Positions 1 through 13,100 of a stretch of DNA of 64,000 nucleotides are shown here, piece by piece. Position 1 is the first letter of the stretch. Every line of letters begins with the position of its first letter. The notes below the pieces were generated by a model. The model had not been told where the DNA came from, ran no database searches, and was given only the letters and a program-made list of their open reading frames with translations. The stretch covers positions 620,001-684,000 of the forward strand of contig OZ024744.1 of NCBI GenBank assembly GCA_964016885.1, written 5' to 3'. This stretch comes from Eledone cirrhosa (taxonomy: Eukaryota). The position numbers and the translations under genes were made by a program.

Positions 1-3000
1 AAGAACGAAGTTTTGAGGGAAGACAAGGTAGTGAAAGATAGCTTGGTGAAGAACGAAGTTTTGGGGGAAGACAAGGTAGAGAAAGATAGCTTGGTGAAGA
101 ACGAAGTTTTGAAGGAAGACAAGGTAGAGAAAGATAGCTTGGTGAAGAACGAAGTTATGAGGGAAGACAAGGTAGAGAAAGATAGTTGGTGAAGAACGAA
201 GTTTTGAGGGAAGACAAGGTAGAGAAAGATAGCTTGGTGAAGAACGACGTTTTGAGGGAAGACAAGGTAGAGAAAGATAGCTTGATGAAGTACGAAGTTT
301 TGGGGGAAGACAAGGTAGAGAAAGATAGCTTGGTGAAGAACGAAGTTTTGCGGGAAGACAAGGTAGAGAAATATAGCTCGGTGAAGAACGAAGTTTTGAG
401 GGAAGACAAGGTAGAGAAAGATAGCTTGGTGAAGAACGAAGTTTTGGGGGAAGACAAGGTAGAGAAAGATAGCTTGGTGAAGAACGAAGTTTTGAGGGAA
501 GACAAGGTAGAGAAAGATAGCTTGGTGAAGAACGAAGTTATGAGGGAAGACAAGGTAGAGAAAGATAGTTGGTGAAGAACGAAGTTTTGAGGGAAGACAA
601 GGTAGAGAAAGATAGCTTGGTGAAGAACGACGTTTTGAGGGAAGACAAGGTAGAGAAAGATAGCTTGATGAAGTACGAAGTTTTGGGGGAAGACAAGGTA
701 GAGAAAGATAGCTTGGTGAAGAACGAAGTTTTGAGGGAAGACAAGGTAGAGAAAGATAGCTTGATGAAGAACGAAGTTTTGAGGGAAGACAAGGTAGAGA
801 AAGATAGCTTGGTGAAGAACGAAGTATTGAGGGAAGACTAGGTAGAGAAAGATAGCTTGATGAAGAACGAAGTTTTGGGGGAAGACAAGGTAGAGAAAGA
901 TAGCTTGGTGAAGAACGAAGTTTGAGGGAAGACAAGGTAGAGAAAGATAGCTTGGTGAAGAACGAAGTTTGAGGGAAGACAAGGTAGAGATAGATAGCTT
1001 GGTGAAGAACGAAGTTTGAGGGAAGACAAGGTAGAGAAAGATAGCTTGGTGAAGAACGAAGTTTGAGGGAAGACAAGGTAGAGAAAGATAGCTTGGTGAA
1101 GAACGAAGATTTGACGGAAGACAAGGTAGAGAAATATAGCTTGGTGAAGAACGAAGTTTTGGGGGAAGACAAGGTAGAGATAGATAGCTTGGTGAAGAAC
1201 GAAGTTTGAGGGAAGACAAGGTAGAGAAAGATAGCTTGGTGAAGAACGAAGTTTGAGGGAAGACAAGGTAGAGAAAGATAGCTTGGTGAAGAACGAAGAT
1301 TTGACGGAAGACAAGGTAGAGAAATATAGCTTGATGAAGAACGAAGTTTTGAGGGAAGACAAGGTAGAGAAAGATAGGTTGATGAAGAACGAAGTTTGGG
1401 GGCAGATAAGGTAGAGAAAGATAGCTTGGTGAAGAACGAAGTTTGAGGGAAGACAAGGTAGAGAAAGATAGCTTGGTGAAGAACGAAGATTTGACGGAAG
1501 ACAAGGTAGAGAAATATAGCTTGATGAAGAACGAAGTTTTGAGGGAAGACAAGGTAGAGAAAGATAGGTTGATGAAGAACGAAGTTTGGGGGCAGATAAG
1601 GTAGAGAAAGATAGCTTGGTGAAGAACGAAGTTTTGAGGGAAGACAAGGTAGAGAAAGATGGCTTGGTGAAGAACGAAGTTTTGGGGGAAGACAAGGTAG
1701 AGAAAGATAGCTTGGTGAAGAACGAAGTTTTGAGGGAAGACAAGGTAGAGAAAGATAGCTTGGTGAAGAAAGAAGTTTTGGGGGAAGACAAGGTAGAGAA
1801 AGATAGCTTGGTGAAGAACGAAGTTTTGAGGGAAGACAAGGTAGAGAAAGATAGCTTGGTGAAGAACGAAGTTTTGAGGGAAGACCAGGTAGAGAAAGAT
1901 AGTTGTGAAGAACGAAGTTTTGAGGGAAGACAAGGTAGAGAAAGATAGCTTGGTGAAGGACGACGGTTTGAGGGAAGACAAGGTAGAGAAAGATAGCTTG
2001 GTGAAGAACGACGTTTTGAGGGAAGACAAGGTAGAGAAAGATAGCTTGGTGAAGAACGAAGTTTTGGGGGAAAGCAAAGGTAGAGAAAGATAGCTTGATG
2101 AAGTACGAAGTTTGGGGGAAGACAAGGTAGAGAAAGATAGCTTGGTGAAGAACGACGTTTTGTGGGGAGACAAGGTAGAGAAACATAGTTGCTGAAGAAC
2201 GAAGTTTTGAGGGAAGACAAGGTAGAGAAAGATAGGTTGATGAAGAACGAAGTTTGGGGGCAGATAAGGTAGAGAAAGATAGCTTGGTGAAGAACGAAGT
2301 TTTGAGGGAAGACAAGGTAGAGAAAGATAGTTGGTGAAGAACGAAGTTTTGAGGGAAGACAAGGTAGAGAAAGATAGCTTGGTGAAGAACGACGTTTTGA
2401 GGGAAGACAAGGTAGAGAAAGATAGCTTGGTAAAGAACGAAGTTTTGGGGGAAGACAAGGTAGAGAAAGATAGCTTGATGAAGTACGAAGTTTTGGGGAA
2501 AGACAAGGTAGAGAAAGATAGCTTGGTGAAGAACGACGTTTTGTGGGAAGACAAGGTAGAGAAACATAGTTGGTGAAGAACGAAATTTTGAGGGAAGACA
2601 AGGTAGAGAAAGATAGCTTGGTGAAGAACGAAGTTTTGAGGGAAGACAAGGTAGAGAAAGATAGCTTGATGAAGAACGAAGTTTTGAGGGAAGACAAGGT
2701 AGAGAAAGATAGCTTGATGAAGTACGAAGTTTTGGGGGAAGACAAGGTATAGAAAGATAGCTTGGTGAAGAACGAAGTTTTGAGGGAAGACAAGGTAGAG
2801 AAAGATAGCTTGATGAAGAACGAAGTTTTGAGGGAAGACAAGGTAGAGAAAGATAGCTTGGTGAAGAACGAAGTTTTGGGGGAAGACAATGTAGAGAAAG
2901 ATAGCTTGATGAAGAACGAAGTTTTGGGGGAAGACAAGGTAGAGAAAGATAGCTTGGTGAAGAACGAAGTTTTGAGGGAAGACAAGGTAGAGAAAGATAG

Positions 3001-4907
3001 CTTGGTGAAGAACGAAGTTTTGGGGGAAGACAAGGTAGAGAAAGATAGCTTGGTGAAGAACGAAGTTTTGAGGGAAGACAAGGTAGAGAAAGATAGCTTG
3101 GTGAAGAACGAAGTTTTGGGGGAAGACAAGGTAGAGAAAGATAGCTTGGTGAAGAACGAAGTTTTGAGGGAAGACAAGGTAGAGAAAGATAATTGGTAAA
3201 GAACGAAGTTTTGAGGGAAGACAAGGTAGAGAAAGATAGCTTGGTGAAGAACGACGTTTTGAGGGAAGACAAGGTATAGAAAGATAGCTTGGTGAAGAAC
3301 GACGTTTTCGGGGAAGAAAAGGTAGAGAAAGATAGATTGGTGAAGAACAAAGTTTTGGTGGAAGACAAGGTAGAGAAAGATAGCTTGGTGAAGAACGAAG
3401 TATTGAGGGAAGACTCGGTAGAGAAAGATAGCTTGGTGAAGAACGAAGTTTTGAGGGAAGACAAGGTAGATAAAGATAGCTTGGTGAAGAACGAGGTTTT
3501 GAGGGAAGACAATGTAGAGAAAGATAGCTTGGTGAAGAACGAAGTTTTGGGGGAAGACAAGGTAGAGAAAGATAGCTTGGTGAAGAACGAAGTTTTGAGG
3601 GAAGCCAAGGTAGAGAAAGATAGCCTGGTGAAGAACGAAGTTTTGGGGGATGACAAAGTAGAGAAAGATAGCTTGGTGAAGAACGAAGTTTTGGGGGAAG
3701 ACAAGGTAGAGAAAGATAGCTTGATGAAGAACGAAGTTTTTGGGAAGACAAGGTAGAGAAAGATAGCTTGGTGAAGAACGAAGTTTTGAGGGAAGACAAG
3801 GTAGAGAAAGATAGCTTGGTGAAGAACGAACTTTTGGGGGAAGACAAGGTAGAGAAAGATAGCTTGGTGAAGAACGAAGTTTTGCGGGAAGACAAGGTAG
3901 AGAAATATAGCTCGGTGAAGAACGAAGTTTTGAGGGAAGACAAGGTAGTGAAAGATAGCTTGGTGAAGAACGAAGTTTTGGGGGAAGACAAGGTAGAGAA
4001 AGATAGCTTGGTGAAGAACGAAGTTTTGAAGGAAGACAAGGTAGAGAAAGATAGCTTGGTGAAGAACGAAGTTATGAGGGAAGACAAGGTAGAGAAAGAT
4101 AGTTGGTGAAGAACGAAGTTTTGAGGGAAGACAAGGTAGAGAAAGATAGCTTGGTGAAGAACGACGTTTTGAGGGAAGACAAGGTAGAGAAAGATAGCTT
4201 GATGAAGTACGAAGTTTTGGGGGAAGACAAGGTAGAGAAAGATAGCTTGGTGAAGAACGAAGTTTTGCGGGAAGACAAGGTAGAGAAATATAGCTCGGTG
4301 AAGAACGAAGTTTTGAGGGAAGACAAGGTAGAGAAAGATAGCTTGGTGAAGAACGAAGTTTTGGGGGAAGACAAGGTAGAGAAAGATAGCTTGGTGAAGA
4401 ACGAAGTTTTGAGGGAAGACAAGGTAGAGAAAGATAGCTTGGTGAAGAACGAAGTTATGAGGGAAGACAAGGTAGAGAAAGATAGTTGGTGAAGAACGAA
4501 GTTTTGAGGGAAGACAAGGTAGAGAAAGATAGCTTGGTGAAGAACGACGTTTTGAGGGAAGACAAGGTAGAGAAAGATAGCTTGATGAAGTACGAAGTTT
4601 TGGGGGAAGACAAGGTAGAGAAAGATAGCTTGGTGAAGAACGAAGTTTTGAGGGAAGACAAGGTAGAGAAAGATAGCTTGATGAAGAACGAAGTTTTGAG
4701 GGAAGACAAGGTAGAGAAAGATAGCTTGGTGAAGAACGAAGTATTGAGGGAAGACTAGGTAGAGAAAGATAGCTTGATGAAGAACGAAGTTTTGGGGGAA
4801 GACAAGGTAGAGAAAGATAGCTTGGTGAAGAACGAAGTTTGAGGGAAGACAAGGTAGAGAAAGATAGCTTGGTGAAGAACGAAGTTTGAGGGAAGACAAG
4901 GTAGAGA
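1..4907. repeat. Direct duplication within the array: 1-990 matches 3918-4907 (offset 3917)
   Basis: The rare GTAGTGAAA variant has GTG at 31 and at 3948. Translated blocks 186-575/4103-4492 and 569-841/4486-4758 are identical. GACTAG stops lie at 838 and 4755. Confidence 0.9.
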
Positions 4908-6170
4908 AAGATAGCTTGGTGAAGAACGAAGTTTTGACGGAAGACAAGGTAGAGAAATATAGCTTGATGAAGAACGAAGTTTTGAGGGAAGACAAGGTAG
5001 AGAAAGATAGGTTGATGAAGAACGAAGTTTGGGGGCAGATAAGGTAGAGAAAGATAGCTTGGTGAAGAACGAAGTTTTGAGGGAAGACAAGGTAGAGAAA
5101 GATAGCTTGGTGAAGAACGAAGTTTTGGGGGAAGACAAGGTAGAGAAAGATAGCTTGATGAAGAACGAAGTTTTGGGGGAAGACAAGGTAGAGAAAGATA
5201 GCTTGGTGAAGAACGAAGTTTTGAGGGAAGACAAGGTAGAGAAAGATAGCTTGGTGAAGAACGAAGTTTTGGGGGAAGACAAGGTAGAGAAAGATAGCTT
5301 GGTGAAGAACGAAGTTTTGCGGGAAGACAAGGTAGAGAAATATAGATCGGTGAAGAACGAAGTTTTGAGGGAAGACAAGGTAGAGAAAGATAGCTTGGTG
5401 AAGAACGAAGTTTTGGGGGAAGACAAGGTAGAGAAAGATAGCTTGGTGAAGAACGAAGTTTTGAGGGAAGACAAGGTAGAGAAAGATAGCTTGGTGAAGA
5501 ACGAAGTTATGAGGGAAGACAAGGTAGAGAAAGATAGTTGGTGAAGAACGAAGTTTTGAGGGAAGACAAGGTAGAGAAAGATAGCTTGGTGAAGAACGAC
5601 GTTTTGAGGGAAGACAAGGTAGAGAAAGATAGCTTGATGAAGTACGAAGTTTTGGGGGAAGACAAGGTAGAGAAAGATAGCTTGGTGAAGAACGAAGTTT
5701 TGAGGGAAGACAAGGTAGAGAAAGATAGCTTGATGAAGAACGAAGTTTTGAGGGAAGACAAGGTAGAGAAAGATAGCTTGGTGAAGAACGAAGTATTGAG
5801 GGAAGACTAGGTAGAGAAAGATAGCTTGATGAAGAACGAAGTTTTGGGGGAAGACAAGGTAGAGAAAGATAGCTTGGTGAAGAACGAAGTTTGAGGGAAG
5901 ACAAGGTAGAGAAAGATAGCTTGGTGAAGAACGAAGTTTGAGGGAAGACAAGGTAGAGAAAGATAGCTTGGTGAAGAACGAAGTTTTGACGGAAGACAAG
6001 GTAGAGAAATATAGCTTGATGAAGAACGAAGTTTTGAGGGAAGACAAGGTAGAGAAAGATAGGTTGATGAAGAACGAAGTTTGGGGGCAGATAAGGTAGA
6101 GAAAGATAGCTTGGTGAAGAACGAAGTTTTGAGGGAAGACAAGGTAGAGAAAGATAGCTTGGTGAAGAAC
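4240..6170. repeat. Tandem higher-order duplication, 1052-bp period (22 monomers, four of them 47 bp)
   Basis: Matching variant strings at 4486/5538, 4755/5807 and 5029/6081 all have offset 1052 (22x48-4). Confidence 0.88.
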
Positions 6171-9100
6171 GAAGTTTTGAGGGAAGACAAGGTAGAGAAA
6201 GATAGCTTGGTGAAGAACGAAATTTTGAGGGAAGACAAGGTAGAGAAAGATAGCTTGGTGAAGAACGAAGTTTTGGGGGAAGACAAGGTAGAGAAAGATA
6301 GCTTGGTGAAGAACGAAGTTTTGAGGGAAGACAAGGTAGAGAAAGGTAGTTGGTGAAGAACGAAGTTTTGAGGGAAGACAAGGTAGAGAAAGATAGCTTG
6401 GTGAAGAACGACGGTTTGAGGGAAGGCAAGGTAGAGAAAGATAGCTTGGTGAAGAACGACGTTTTGAGGGAAGACAAGGTAGAGAAAGATAGCTTGGTGA
6501 AGAACGAAGTTTTGGGGGAAGACAAGGTAGAGAAAGATAGCTTGATGAAGTACGAAGTTTTGGGGGAAGACAAGGTAGAGAAAGATAGCTTGGTGAAGAA
6601 CGACGTTTTGTGGGAAGACAAGGTAGAGAAACATAGTTGGTGAAGAACGAAGTTTTGAGGGAAGACAAGGTAGAGAAAGATAGGTTGATGAAGAACGAAG
6701 TTTGGGGGCAGATAAGGTAGAGAAAGATAGCTTGGTGAAGAACGAAGTTTTGAGGGAAGACAAGGTAGAGAAAGATAGCTTGGTGAAGAACGAAGTTTTG
6801 GGGGAAGACAAGGTAGAGAAAGATAGCTTGATGAAGTACGAAGTTTTGGGGGAAGACAAGGTAGAGAAAGATAGCTTGGTGAAGAACGACGTTTTGTGGG
6901 AAGACAAGGTAGAGCAACATAGTTGGTGAAGAACGAAGTTTTGAGGGAAGACAAGGTAGAGGAAGATAGCTTGGTGAAGAATGAAGTTTTGAGGGAAGAC
7001 AAGGTAGAGAAAGATAGCTTGGTGAAGAACGAAGTTTTGGGGGAAGACAATGTAGAGAAAGATAGCTTGGTGAAGAACGAAGTTTTGAGGGAAGACAAGG
7101 TAGAGAAAGATAGCTTGGTGAAGAACGAAGTTTTGGGGGAAGACAAGGTAGAGAAAGATAGCTTGGTGAAGAACGAAGTTTTGAGGGAAGACAAGGTAGA
7201 GAAAGATAGCTTGGTGAAGAACGAAGTTTTGAGGGAAGACAAGGTAGAGAAAGATAGTTGGTGAAGAACGAAGCTTTGAGGGAAGACAAGGTAGAGAAAG
7301 ATAGCTTGGTGAAGAACGATGTTTTGAAAGAAGACAAGGTAGAGAAAGATAGCTTGGTGAAGAACGGAGTTTTGGGGGAAGACAAGGTAGAGAAAGATAG
7401 CTTGATGAAGTACGAAGTTTTGGGGGAAGACAAGGTAGAGAAAGATAGCTTGGTGAAGAACGACGTTTTGTGGGAAGACAAGGTAGAGAAACATAGTTGG
7501 TGAAGAACGAAATTTTGAGCGAAGACAAGGTAGAGAAAGATAGCTTGGTGAAGAACGAAGTTTTGAGGGAAGACAAGGTAGAGAAAGATAGCTTGATGAA
7601 GAACGAAGTTATGAGGGAAGACAAGGTAGAGAAAGATAGTTGGTGAAGAACGAAGTTTTGAGGGAAGACAAGGTAGAGAAAGATAGCTTGGTGAAGAACG
7701 ACGTTTTGAGGGAAGACAAGGTAGAGAAAGATAGCTTGATGAAGTACGAAGTTTTGGGGGAAGACAAGGTAGAGAAAGATAGCTTGGTGAAGAACGAAGT
7801 TTTGAGGGAAGACAAGGTAGAGAAAGACAGCTTGATGAAGAACGAAGTTTTGAGGGAAGACAAGGTAGAGAAAGATAGCTTGATGAAGAACGAAGTTTTG
7901 GGGGAAGACAAGGTAGAGAAAGATAGCTTGGTGAAGAACGAAGTTTGAGGGAAGACAAGGTAGAGAAAGATAGCTTGGTGAAGAACGAAGTTTGAGGGAA
8001 GACAAGGTAGAGAAAGATAGCTTGGTGAAGAACGAAGTTTTGACGGAAGACAAGGTAGAGAAATATAGCTTGATGAAGAACGAAGTTTTGAGGGAAGACA
8101 AGGTAGAGAAAGATAGCTTGGTGAAGAACGAAGTTTTGGGGGAAGACAAGGTAGAGAAAGATAGCTTGGTGAAGAACGAAGTTTTGAGGGAAGACAAGGT
8201 AGAGAAAGATAGCTTGGTGAAGAACGAAGTTTTGGGGGAAGACAAGGTAGAGAAAGATAGCTTGGTGAAGAACGAAGTTTTGAGGGAAGACAAGGTAGAG
8301 AAAGATAGTTGGTGAAGAACGAAGTTTTGAGGGAAGACAAGGTAGAGAAAGATAGCTTGGTTAAGAACGACGGTTTGAGGGAAGACAAGGTAGAGAAAGA
8401 TAGCTTGGTGAAGAACGACGTTTTGAGGGAAGACAAGGTAGAGAAAGATAGCTTGGTGAAGAACGAAGTTTTGGGGGAAGACAAGGTAGAGAAAGATAGC
8501 TTGATGAAGTACGAAGTTTTGGGGGAAGACAAGGTAGAGAAAGATAGCTTGGTGAAGAACGACGTTTTGTGGGAAGACAAGGTAGAGAAACATAGTTGGT
8601 GAAGAACGAAGTTTTGAGGGAAGACAAGGTAGAGAAAGATAGGTTGATGAAGAACGAAGTTTGGGGGCAGATAAGGTAGAGAAAGATAGCTTGGTGAAGA
8701 ACGAAGTTTTGAGGGAAGACAAGGTAGAGAAAGATAGCTTGGTGAAGAACGACGTTTTGAGGGAAGACAAGGTAGAGAAAGATAGCTTGGTGAAGAACGA
8801 AGTTTTGGGGGAAGACAAGGTAGAGAAAGATAGCTTGATGAAGTACGAAGTTTTGAGGGAAGACAAGGTAGAGAAAGATAGCTTGGTGAAGAACGACGTT
8901 TTGAGGGAAGACAAGGTAGAGAAAGATAGCTTGATGAAGTACGAAGTTTTGGGGGAAGACAAGGTAGAGAAAGATAGCTTGGTGAAGAACGAAGTTTTGA
9001 GGGAAGACAAGGTAGAGAAAGATAGCTTGATGAAGAACGAAGTTTTGAGGGAAGACAAGGTAGAGAAAGATAGCTTGGTGAAGAACGAAGTTTGAGGGAA

Positions 9101-10129
9101 GACAAGGTAGAGAAAGATAGCTTGGTGAAGAACGAAGTTTGAGGGAAGACAAGGTAGAGAAAGATAGCTTGGTGAAGAACGAAGTTTTGACGGAAGACAA
9201 GGTAGAGAAATATAGCTTGATGAAGAACGAAGTTTTGAGGGAAGACAAGGTAGAGAAAGATAGCTTGGTGAAGAACGACGGTTTGAGGGAAGACAAGGTA
9301 GAGAAAGATAGCTTGGTGAAGAACGACGTTTTGAGGGAAGACAAGGTAGAGAAAGATAGCTTGGTGAAGAACGAAGTTTTGGGGGAAGACAAGGTAGAGA
9401 AAGATAGCTTGATGAAGTACGAAGTTTTGGGGGAAGACAAGGTAGAGAAAGATAGCTTGGTGAAGAACGACGTTTTGTGGGAAGACAAGGTAGAGAAACA
9501 TAGTTGGTGAAGAACGAAGTTTTGAGGGAAGACAAGGTAGAGAAAGATAGGTTGATGAAGAACGAAGTTTGGGGGCAGATAAGGTAGAGAAAGATAGCTT
9601 GGTGAAGAACGAAGTTTTGAGGGAAGACAAGGTAGAGAAAGATAGCTTGGTGAAGAACGAAGTTTTGGGGGAAGACAAGGTAGAGAAAGATAGCTTGATA
9701 AAGTACGAGGTTTTGGGGGAAGACAAGGTAGAGAAAGATAGCTTGGTGAAGAACGACGTTTTGTGGGAAGACAAGGTAGAGCAACATAGTTGGTGAAGAA
9801 CGAAGTTTTGAGGGAAGACAAGGTAGAGGAAGATAGCTTGGTGAAGAATGAAGTTTTGAGGGAAGACAAGGTAGAGAAAGATAGCTTGGTGAAGAACGAA
9901 GTTTTGGGGGAAGACAATGTAGAGAAAGATAGCTTGGTGAAGAACGAAGTTTCGAGGGAAGACAAGGTAGAGAAAGATAGCTTGGTGAAGAACGAAGTTT
10001 TGGGGGAAGACAAGGTAGAGAAAGATAGCTTGGTGAAGAACGAAGTTTTGAGGGAAGACAAGGTAGAGAAAGATAGCTTGATGAAGAACGAAGTTTTGAG
10101 GGAAGACAAGGTAGAGAAAGATAGTTGGT

Positions 10130-13100
10130 GAAGAACGAAGCTTTGAGGGAAGACAAGGTAGAGAAAGATAGCTTGGTGAAGAACGATGTTTTGAAAGAAG
10201 ACAAGGTAGAGAAAGATAGCTTGGTGAAGAACGGAGTTTTGGGGGAAGACAAGGTAGAGAAAGATAGGTTGATGAAGAACGAAGTTTGGGGGCAGATAAG
10301 GTAGAGAAAGATAGCTTGGTGAAGAACGAAGTTTTGAGAGAAGACAAGGTAGAGAAAGATAGCTTGGTGAAGAACGAAGTTTTGGGGGAAGACAAGTTAG
10401 AGAAAGATAGCTTGATGAAGTACGAAGTTTTGGGGGAAGACAAGGTAGAGAAAGATAGCTTGGTGAAGAACGACGTTTTGTGGGAAGACAAGGTAGAGCA
10501 ACATAGTTGGTGAAGAACGAAGTTTTGAGGGAAGACAAGGTAGAGGAAGATAGCTTGGTGAAGAATGAAGTTTTGAGGGAAGACAATGTAGAGAAAGATA
10601 GCTTGGTGAAGAACGAAGTTTTGAGGGAAGACAAGGTAGAGAAAGATAGCTTGGTGAAGAACGAAGTTTTGGGGGAAGACAAGGTAGAGAAAGATAGCTT
10701 GGTGAAGAACGAAGTTTTGAGGGAAGACAAGGTAGAGAAAGATAGCTTGGTGAAGAACGAAGTTTTGAGGGAAGACAAGGTAGAGAAAGATAGTTGGTGA
10801 AGAACGAAGCTTTGAGGGAAGACAAGGTAGAGAAAGATAGCTTGGTGAAGAACGATGTTTTGAAAGAAGACAAGGTAGAGAAAGATAGCTTGGTGAAGAA
10901 CGGAGTTTTGGGGGAAGACAAGGTAGAGAAAGATAGCTTGATGAAGTACGAAGTTTTGGGGGAAGACAAGGTAGAGAAAGATAGCTTGGTGAAGAACGAC
11001 GTTTTGTGGGAAGACAAGGTAGAGAAACATAGTTGGTGAAGAACGAAGTTTTGAGCGAAGACAAGGTAGAGAAAGATAGCTTGGTGAAGAACGAAGTTTT
11101 GAGGGAAGACAAGGTAGAGAAAGATAGCTTGATGAAGAACGAAGTTATGAGGGAAGACAAGGTAGAGAAAGATAGTTGGTGAAGAACGAAGTTTTGAGGG
11201 AAGACAAGGTAGAGAAAGATAGCTTGGTGAAGAACGACGTTTTGAGGGAAGACAAGGTAGAGAAAGATAGCTTGATGAAGTACGAAGTATTGGGGGAAGA
11301 CAAGGTAGAGAAAGATAGCTTGGGGAAGAACGAAGTTTTGAGGGAAGACAAGGTAGAGAAAGATAGCTTGATGAAGAACGAAGTTTTGAGGGAAGACAAG
11401 GTAGAGAAAGATAGCTTGGTGAAGAACGAAGTATTGAGGGAAGACTCGGTAGAGAAAGATAGCTTGATGAAGAACGAAGTTTTGGGGGAAGACAAGGTAG
11501 AGAAAGATAGCTTAGTGAAGAACGAAGTTTTGAGGGAAGACAAGGTAGAGAAAGATAGTTGGTGAAGAACGAAGTTTTGAGGGAAGACAAGGTAGAGAAA
11601 GATAGCTTAGTGAAGAACGACGGTTTGAGGGAAGACAAGGTAGAGAAAGATAGCTTGGTGAAGAACGACGTTTTGAGGGAAGACAAGGTAGAGAAAGATA
11701 GCTTGGTGAAGAACGAAGTTTTGGGGGAAGACAAGGTAGAGAAAGATAGCTTGATGAAGTACAAAGTTTTGGGGGAAGACAAGGTAGAGAAAGATAGCTT
11801 GGGGAAGAACGACGTTTTGTGGGAAGACAAGGTAGAGAAACATAGTTGGTGAAGAACGAAGTTTTGAGGGAAGACAAGGTAGAGAAAGATAGGTTGATGA
11901 AGAACGAAGTTTGGGGGCAGATAAGGTAGAGAAAGATAGCTTGGTGAAGAACGAAGTTTTGAGGGAAGACAAGGTAGAGAAAGATAGCTTGGTGAAGAAC
12001 GAAGTTTTGGGGGAAGACAAGGTAGAGAAAGATAGCTTGATGAAGTACGAAGTTTTGGGGGAAGACAAGGTAGAGAGAGATAGCTTGGTGAAGAACGAAG
12101 TTTTGGGGGAAGACAATGTAGAGAAAGATAGCTTGGTGAAGAACGAAGTTTTGAGGGAAGACAAGGTAGAGAAAGATAGCTTGGTGAAGAACGAAGTTTT
12201 GGGGGAAGACAAGGTAGAGAAAGATAGCTTGGTGAAGAACGAGGTTTTGAGGGAAGACAAGGTAGAGAAAGATAGCTTGATGAAGAACGAAGTTTTGAGG
12301 GAAGACAAGGTAGAGAAAGATAGTTGGTGAAGAACGAAGCTTTGAGGGAAGACAAGGTAGAGAAAGATAGCTTGGTGAAGAACGATGTTTTGAAAGAAGA
12401 CAAGGTAGAGAAAGATAGCTTGGTGAAGAACGGAGTTTTGGGGGAAGACAAGGTAGAGAAAGATAGGTTGATGAAGAACGAAGTTTGGGGGCAGATAAGG
12501 TAGAGAAAGATAGCTTGGTGAAGAACGAAGTTTTGAGGGAAGACAAGGTAGAGAAAGATAGCTTGGTGAAGAACGAAGTTTTGGGGGAAGACAAGGTAGA
12601 GAAAGATAGCTTGGTGAAGAACGAAGTTTTGAGGGAAGACAAGGTAGAGAAAGATAGCTTGGTGAAGAACGAAGTTTTGAGGGAAGACAAGGTAGAGAAA
12701 GATAGTTGGTGAAGAACGAAGCTTTGAGGGAAGACAAGGTAGAGAAAGATAGCTTGGTGAAGAACGATGTTTTGAAAGAAGACAAGGTAGAGAAAGATAG
12801 CTTGGTGAAGAACGGAGTTTTGGGGGAAGACAAGGTAGAGAAAGATAGCTTGATGAAGTACGAAGTTTTGGGGGAAGACAAGGTAGAGAAAGATAGCTTG
12901 GTGAAGAACGACGTTTTGTGGGAAGACAAGGTAGAGAAACATAGTTGGTGAAGAACGAAATTTTGAGCGAAGACAAGGTAGAGAAAGATAGCTTGGTGAA
13001 GAACGAAGTTTTGAGGGAAGACAAGGTAGAGAAAGATAGCTTGATGAAGAACGAAGTTATGAGGGAAGACAAGGTAGAGAAAGATAGTTGGTGAAGAACG

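Noticed and set aside
58-67. TTTTGGGG resembling ciliate T4G4 telomeric repeats, and G-quadruplex potential
   Set aside because: The motif occurs at most once per monomer and only in the G variant. G-runs are more than 40 nt apart, which does not fit tandem telomere repeats or canonical G4 loops.
3301-3325. CENP-B box-like TTCG motif
   Set aside because: Neither TTCGGGGAAGAAAAG on + nor TTCGTTCTTCACCAA on - matches TTCGnnnnAnnCGGG.
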